Below, piece by piece: positions 27,707-32,000 of a stretch of 32,000 nt of DNA (position 1 is the stretch's first letter; each line of letters opens with the position of its first letter). Location of the stretch: positions 180,001-212,000 of the forward strand of contig BAAFHK010000001.1 of NCBI GenBank assembly GCA_042852035.1, given 5' to 3'. The translations under genes and the position numbers were made by a program. Under the pieces are notes generated by a model, which was not told where the DNA came from, did not search any database, and was given only the letters and a program-made list of their open reading frames with translations. Source of the stretch: Candidatus Saccharimonadota bacterium. Lineage in GTDB: Bacteria > Patescibacteriota > Gracilibacteria > BD1-5 > UBA2023.

Positions 27707-27770
27707 TGAATTTTTATAAATCAATTTAATATAAATTTATAAAATGTCAATATTCTTAATGCCTAAGAAA

Positions 27771-28358
27771 TTATCTCATGAGTTTTTCCCACCAATATTT
27801 TTTCTCAAGTCTGAATTTTTTCATAATCCAGATTCAGATAGCTGCATAAATGATTCCCATGATTGTTCCGATAATAACATCACTCGGATAGTGCATGCCG
27901 TTATGAACTCGAGAAAGTCACATAAGGAGTATAAGAAATATCCCAAAAGGAAGAAATCTTTTCTCGAAATAGGTGACAATTATTACGAGTAAAGTCGTAA
28001 ATGCCATATGGCTCGATGGAAAAGATGAATCTCGAAAAGCATGCCCAATAGCGAGTATGTCAGGGTGTATCGTCCACGGGCGAGGACGAAATATCCCGAT
28101 TTCTGAAAGAAGCATTTTGTAGATTCATTCGTTAACAAGATAACTCGTTATTCCTGAGATGATGAGAGCAAAAAGGAGTGGCTTCCAGAGTCGATGTTTT
28201 TTGTAGATCATGAATATGATAATCATGCCAAATGCTCCAATCATCAAGGCAATATTGCTCACATAAAAAGAGAATGCATCGAGCAAGGTTCCATCGAGAT
28301 TTTGGAGACTTTTTACGAGAGGGTATTCAAGGGAATCTAAGGTGACAAAGAAAGACAT
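27771..28358 (-). CDS. PAP2-family phosphatase (undecaprenyl-diphosphatase/PgpB-like, 195 aa)
   Basis: Motifs KxxxxxxRP (...IFRPRPW), FPSSH and SRVHNGMHYPSDV. Five hydrophobic helices. Joins track ORFs 28125-28358 and 27918-28115. Confidence 0.85.
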
Positions 28359-28373
28359 GGAAAAAATATTAAA

Positions 28374-28847
28374 TTATCATATTTCACGAGCATTCATGAG
28401 TCAGCAGGATTTTTTTCGAGAGAGAATTTCCACAAGTATATCACTTGATTTCGAAATAGTTCGTTGCACGCCCTCTATGTCATTCGAAGTAACTCACTCA
28501 AAAATATCTCAAAGTGCATGCTCATATGTAGGGGTAATTTTTCTGAGTGCATTTTGGGACTTTTGAGTGAGATGAAAGTGGATGACTCGTTTGTCATCAG
28601 GGTCAATGTTTCGTCAAATAAATCCGTGCTCCTCAAGATATTTAAGCTTTTTCGTCATATTTGGTTTAGTTCCGTAGGTTCATGCAAGGAGTTTTTTTGA
28701 GGTATCAATTCCTGTAGAAATTAGATAGAGTACCGCATACGTTTTTACGGTAAGTCCAACAGGAGTAAAGATAAAATCTCATGAGCTTTCGAGTAGGGCT
28801 ACAAATCGAAAAAGCTCATTGATGAGGTGTTGTTTCTCAAATCACAT
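28374..28847 (-). CDS. MarR-family transcriptional regulator (157 aa)
   Basis: ...TVKTYAVLYLISTGIDTSKKLLAGTYGTKPNMTKKLKYLEEHGFIGRNIDPDDKRVIHFHLTQKSQNAL... shows the winged-HTH and DxxDxR wing pattern. Nine in-frame TGA. Confidence 0.75.
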
Positions 28848-28855
28848 ACAGGGCA

Positions 28856-29407
28856 CTATACAAGTTTTTCGAGTGCTTTCAAGTGAGCCTCCTTATCTGT
28901 TTTGGGATCTTCCATATTTCCAAATACGGTAAATGATTTTTGCTTGATGCCACAAAAACTAATACGATTCAGGTTCCAGAGGAGCTGGATATGGAGAAAG
29001 AGCTTATAGAAGAAGGCAGGTCATCCTGAGGTGGCGATAATTCGTGCAGTTTTTCCTTTGAGGAGCCCTACGGGTTTTCCATTCTCATAGCGAAAGGCAA
29101 AACCAGAACGAAAGTTACAGTCGATAAAGTTTTTCAAAATTGCAGGAGCATCTCCCCACCAAATAGGAAAAATGAAAATGAGCTCATTTGCGCTGAGTAT
29201 TTTCTCTTGAATTTTTTTTGTAGTGGCATCATCGCCGAATGCTTTTGGATCCTCGAACCGGAGAAAGTCTTGAGTGAGCTCCGTTTTATAGAGATCAAAG
29301 ATTTCTACACTATCTCATTTTTCTTTCGAGAGAGTAGCAATCTTCTCGGCAATTTTGTGGGTAAAGCCATTACTACTTGGATGAGCGGTCACGATGAGTT
29401 TATGCAT
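28856..29407 (-). CDS. flavodoxin-like-fold NAD(P)H-dependent oxidoreductase (Flavodoxin_2/NQO-like, 183 aa)
   Basis: MHKLIVTAHPSSNGFTHKIAEKI...ANELIFIFPIWWGDAPAILKNFIDC...KGKTARIIATSGG.... Confidence 0.75.
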
Positions 29408-29409
29408 AA

Positions 29410-29436
29410 AAAATAGTTAACTTAGTAAACTATTTT
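29410..29436. promoter_or_regulatory. 9-bp inverted repeat (candidate MarR operator and/or weak terminator)
   Basis: AAAATAGTT (29410-29418), 9-nt spacer, AACTATTTT (29428-29436), immediately upstream of the oxidoreductase-marR-pap2 genes. Confidence 0.35.
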
Positions 29437-29465
29437 AGGATATCGATGGGAGGATAAAAAGCAAG

Positions 29466-30329
29466 TTATTTCTTTTTTTGTTGTATATAGTAAACTCCAT
29501 ATATCGTCAGCATGCTCCCGAAGATAAATCCGAGACTAATATGATCGCCAAAGAATATTGCTCCAGCAAAAATAGTAAAGATGAGTTGTACATACGAAGT
29601 AAATCCAACAAAAAATGGACTCGAAATCTTCATGAGTTTCTGAAGAAGGAAGTAGAACAAAACAGTTCCAACGAGACTAGCTGTGAGAATAGCAAATATA
29701 CCCAGAGTACTCAGATGTTCAATAGGATTGATTCCAGGGGTATACTTATAGTATCAGAAACCAATTGATGTTATGAGTCAGCCAATCATTCCTCAGATAA
29801 GGAGCTCACTGGCGCTAAAGTGGTATTTTTTGGTAAAAATGAGATAAGCACAATAAGAAATTACCGCGAGAAGAATATAGGTATTCCCGAGGAGTGATCC
29901 TACCGCAAGGCTCCCACCATAGATTTTTGGAAGAATGAATATAATGCTCGCTCAGAGAAGGGCTATGATAAGTCATATGATTTTTTGTTTTTCAATAGGC
30001 TCTTCGAGAAATATGTAAGACCCAATAAGAACCAAAACAGGAGTGAGAAGATATATGACTTGTGCAACACTGATATTCGTGAGTTCTATGCCGTAGGCAT
30101 AGAGGATACTATTGACACCGATTCCCATACAAATAACGATAAGGAGTCCTATATGTTTCCAGGAATATTTTCTGAGCTTCGGGAGGAGCGGAAGGATGGC
30201 TAGAGTTCCTATGAGGTAGCGGAAAATCGTGAGCATCCATGGAGAAATCTCTGTCAGAACAAATTTCGAACTAACGACTCAAAGAGTTCCGCAGATTCAG
30301 AGGGTGAGAAGAAGGAGAAGTTTATTCAT
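29466..30329 (-). CDS. EamA/DMT-family transporter (287 aa)
   Basis: Ten hydrophobic helices. Joins track ORFs 29973-30236 and 29466-29660. I checked every in-frame triplet over 29466-29975 and found no TAA/TAG. ATG at 30327-30329. Confidence 0.75.
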
Positions 30330-30756
30330 GACTCGTATAATGCTTAATCTCTTCTTCGAGTCGATCGAAATTTTCCTCATTTTTTTCTCTGAGGAATTCT
30401 TGGGCATTCTCGAAAAAGTTTATATCTTCAAATCTTGCTATCCATGTCATCTTAGTCTCATTTTTATTTATTTCTTCGATGAGTACTTCGAGTGTAAAGA
30501 TCGGTGCAACATCATGTTTCATGAGGATGTGATTGGTTTCGATTTTTTGAAACATCCATTCATTGTGATAGTCGTGCCCATCAGAGTGCATGGTAAAAAT
30601 CCACTTTCCTCACTCTCTAAAATCAAAAGAGTGAAAGGTGTTCGTATTTCATGCAGGTCCCCACCAACGCGCCAGTGATATCGGGTCAGAATACTTCGAA
30701 AAAATAGTCTTTGCGGAATAATGGAGAGTGCGAGAGGTAGTGAGGGCATTATTCAT
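30322..30756 (-). CDS. SRPBCC superfamily protein (START/AHSA1-like, 144 aa)
   Basis: MNNALTTSRTLHYSAKTIFSKYSDPISLARWWGPAGNTNTFHSFDFREGGKWIFTMHSDGHDYHNEWMFQKIE.... The stop overlaps the EamA start (ATGAATAA). Confidence 0.7.
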
Positions 30757-30765
30757 GGTTTATTA

Positions 30766-31344
30766 TTATGAATCTAAAAAATCTCAAGTTGATTTTACGC
30801 TAACGAACCTTCTGATGGCAAGCAAGGCTGCCTCATGATGTTCTTTTGATACCGTTCCACAAGCATCAGAAATAACGGTGGTAAGTATATCTCTATCATG
30901 AGCATCACGAGCTGTACTAGAAACTGCTAAATCGGTTGCAACACCAGTAATAATTATTTCTCAAATTCATTTTTCATCAAGATATTCTTCAAGTCAGGTT
31001 TTATAGAAGGCGCTTAACTGAGTTTTTGTGAAAGTTTTCTCATTTGGATTATATTTGAGTCCTTCTATAAAATCTACAGACCAAGTTCATTCTTGTAAAA
31101 TCTGAAGATCAGGTATCATTTTAAATCGAGGAGATACTTTTGAGCAGTTATCATAGTTTTCATGAAAGCCAATGTGAATCCATACAATTTCTTCTTTCTT
31201 TTTTCGAAATGAATCTATAAGCTTTCTCGTATTTTTTATTACTCAAAATTCCTCACAAAATCTTCCCATTCATTGTGGGGAGATTTTTCCTTCTGGATGA
31301 ACAAATTCATTGATAAAATCAATTACTAAAAGAGCTCTTTTCAT
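30766..31344 (-). CDS. isochorismatase/cysteine-hydrolase family protein (192 aa)
   Basis: MKRALLVIDFINEFVHPEG...IITGVATDLAVSSTARDAHDRDILTTVISDACG... (catalytic D, K and C layout). I checked all in-frame triplets and found no TAA/TAG. Confidence 0.75.
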
Positions 31345-31346
31345 AG

Positions 31347-31736
31347 TTAGTTATTAGGAAAATGTTCAACAATTAATTCGTTCCCACTTCTATCATAGTA
31401 GGTGCAAGTTCATGCCTTCATATCGAGTGTCCATTTTTCAACGCCACTTTCTGCGCAGTCTCGGCAGAAGGTCATATAATCAGTTCCACCATTTTGATGG
31501 AGCTTGAGTCTTTCGATAAAAAAATCTTTTTTAATATCGAGAGAGATAAGAAGAGGCTCATATTTTCATGGAGCATTGAGGGGATCAGGATTGCCAAAAT
31601 ATACCGCCCGCCCATCGGTCACGTAAACGTCGTATGCGGTGACTCACATCCTTGTAATCTCACGAGCATAGGCAGGGAAGTCAGCTCAGGATTTTACTTT
31701 CGCATGAGCATTGATGATATCAGGGAGGGTGAACAT
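31347..31736 (-). CDS. DUF1398 family protein (129 aa)
   Basis: MFTLPDIINAHAKVKSGADFPAYAREITRMGVTAYDVYVTDGRAVYFG...HQNGGTDYMTFCRDCAESGVEKWTLDMKAGTCTYYDRSGNELIVEHFP. Confidence 0.75.
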
Positions 31737-31739
31737 TGA

Positions 31740-32000
31740 TTATTTTGTTAGGAGGTATTCTCGGAGTTTTTCTATAGGTTTTATTTTGAGGTATACTTTT
31801 TTGTAGTCTTCTTCGGAGAGTTCAGAACGGATGGTCGTATATCACTCAGGGATAAAAATCCTATCCCATCCAAATCCATTATCTTTTCCTGGATGGTCTG
31901 ATATAGCCCCATTCATGCTTCATTCAAAATATTGGAGAGTATTCCCATCAAAATATCCATATGCACATCGGGCAACGGCTCCACGATTTTTACCATCGAG
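31740..32000 (-). CDS. Ham1/RdgB-like non-canonical purine NTP pyrophosphatase, C-terminal 86 aa (5' end outside window)
   Basis: ...GKDNGFGWDRIFIPEGYTTIRSELSEEDYKKV... resembles the ITPase GFGYDPIF block. TAA (rc) at 31740-31742. Confidence 0.5.

Noticed and set aside
1-32000. The TGA-riddled frames might be decayed pseudogenes, or the code might be 4 (TGA=Trp).
   Set aside because: Decay would also scatter TAA/TAG and frameshifts, and none are seen in 6.1 kb of the giant gene or in the other genes I checked. TGA falls on invariant Gly positions (P-loop, LSGG, GxGxG, GDSL), while Trp positions use TGG.

Overview
This window only makes sense if TGA is translated as glycine (translation table 25). 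The supplied standard-code ORF track is broken at TGA and never at TAA/TAG. TGA also falls on invariant glycines: Walker A, the ABC signature, the RsmG GxGxG loop, SGNH block I and the MsrA active site. The DNA therefore most likely comes from a Gracilibacteria/Absconditabacteria (SR1)-type Patescibacteria (CPR) genome. All CDS coordinates below are my own hand re-translation under code 25, so starts are less certain than stops.

Layout:
- 1-12.6 kb (AT-rich): rsmG 3' end, a small membrane-protein ORF, a 40-aa ORF, a 2042-aa repeat-rich surface protein, a membrane-anchored 140-aa protein, a four-tRNA cluster (Gly-UCC, Ile-GAU, Pro-UGG, Glu-UUC), an FMN_bind-like lipoprotein, a membrane-fused spermidine-synthase-like protein, an SGNH hydrolase, PgeF/YfiH and an ABC ATPase.
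- 12.6-26.9 kb (visibly GC-richer): a double-FtsX permease and an arsR-ccdA-thioredoxin lipoprotein-msrA/trx/msrB envelope methionine-sulfoxide repair cluster. These are followed by an SLH-esterase, a secreted Trp-repeat protein, an anomalous GC-rich lipoprotein gene that ends in TGA, an MFS transporter and DsbB. A run of small genes closes the block: DUF2200, DUF1428, VOC, DUF1801 x2, DUF1761, DUF1697 and SRPBCC.
- 26.9-32 kb (AT-rich again): a Fic-like protein, PAP2, MarR, a flavodoxin-fold oxidoreductase, an EamA transporter, SRPBCC, isochorismatase, DUF1398 and a Ham1-like 3' fragment.

No CRISPR array, rRNA or transposase is visible.

Most notable observations: the recoding itself; two ORFs that look written in the standard code (TGA stop, SD-like motif, no internal TGA); the giant surface protein; the extracytoplasmic Msr redox module with a Met-rich tract; a 16-bp inverted-repeat element; and a sharp compositional block.
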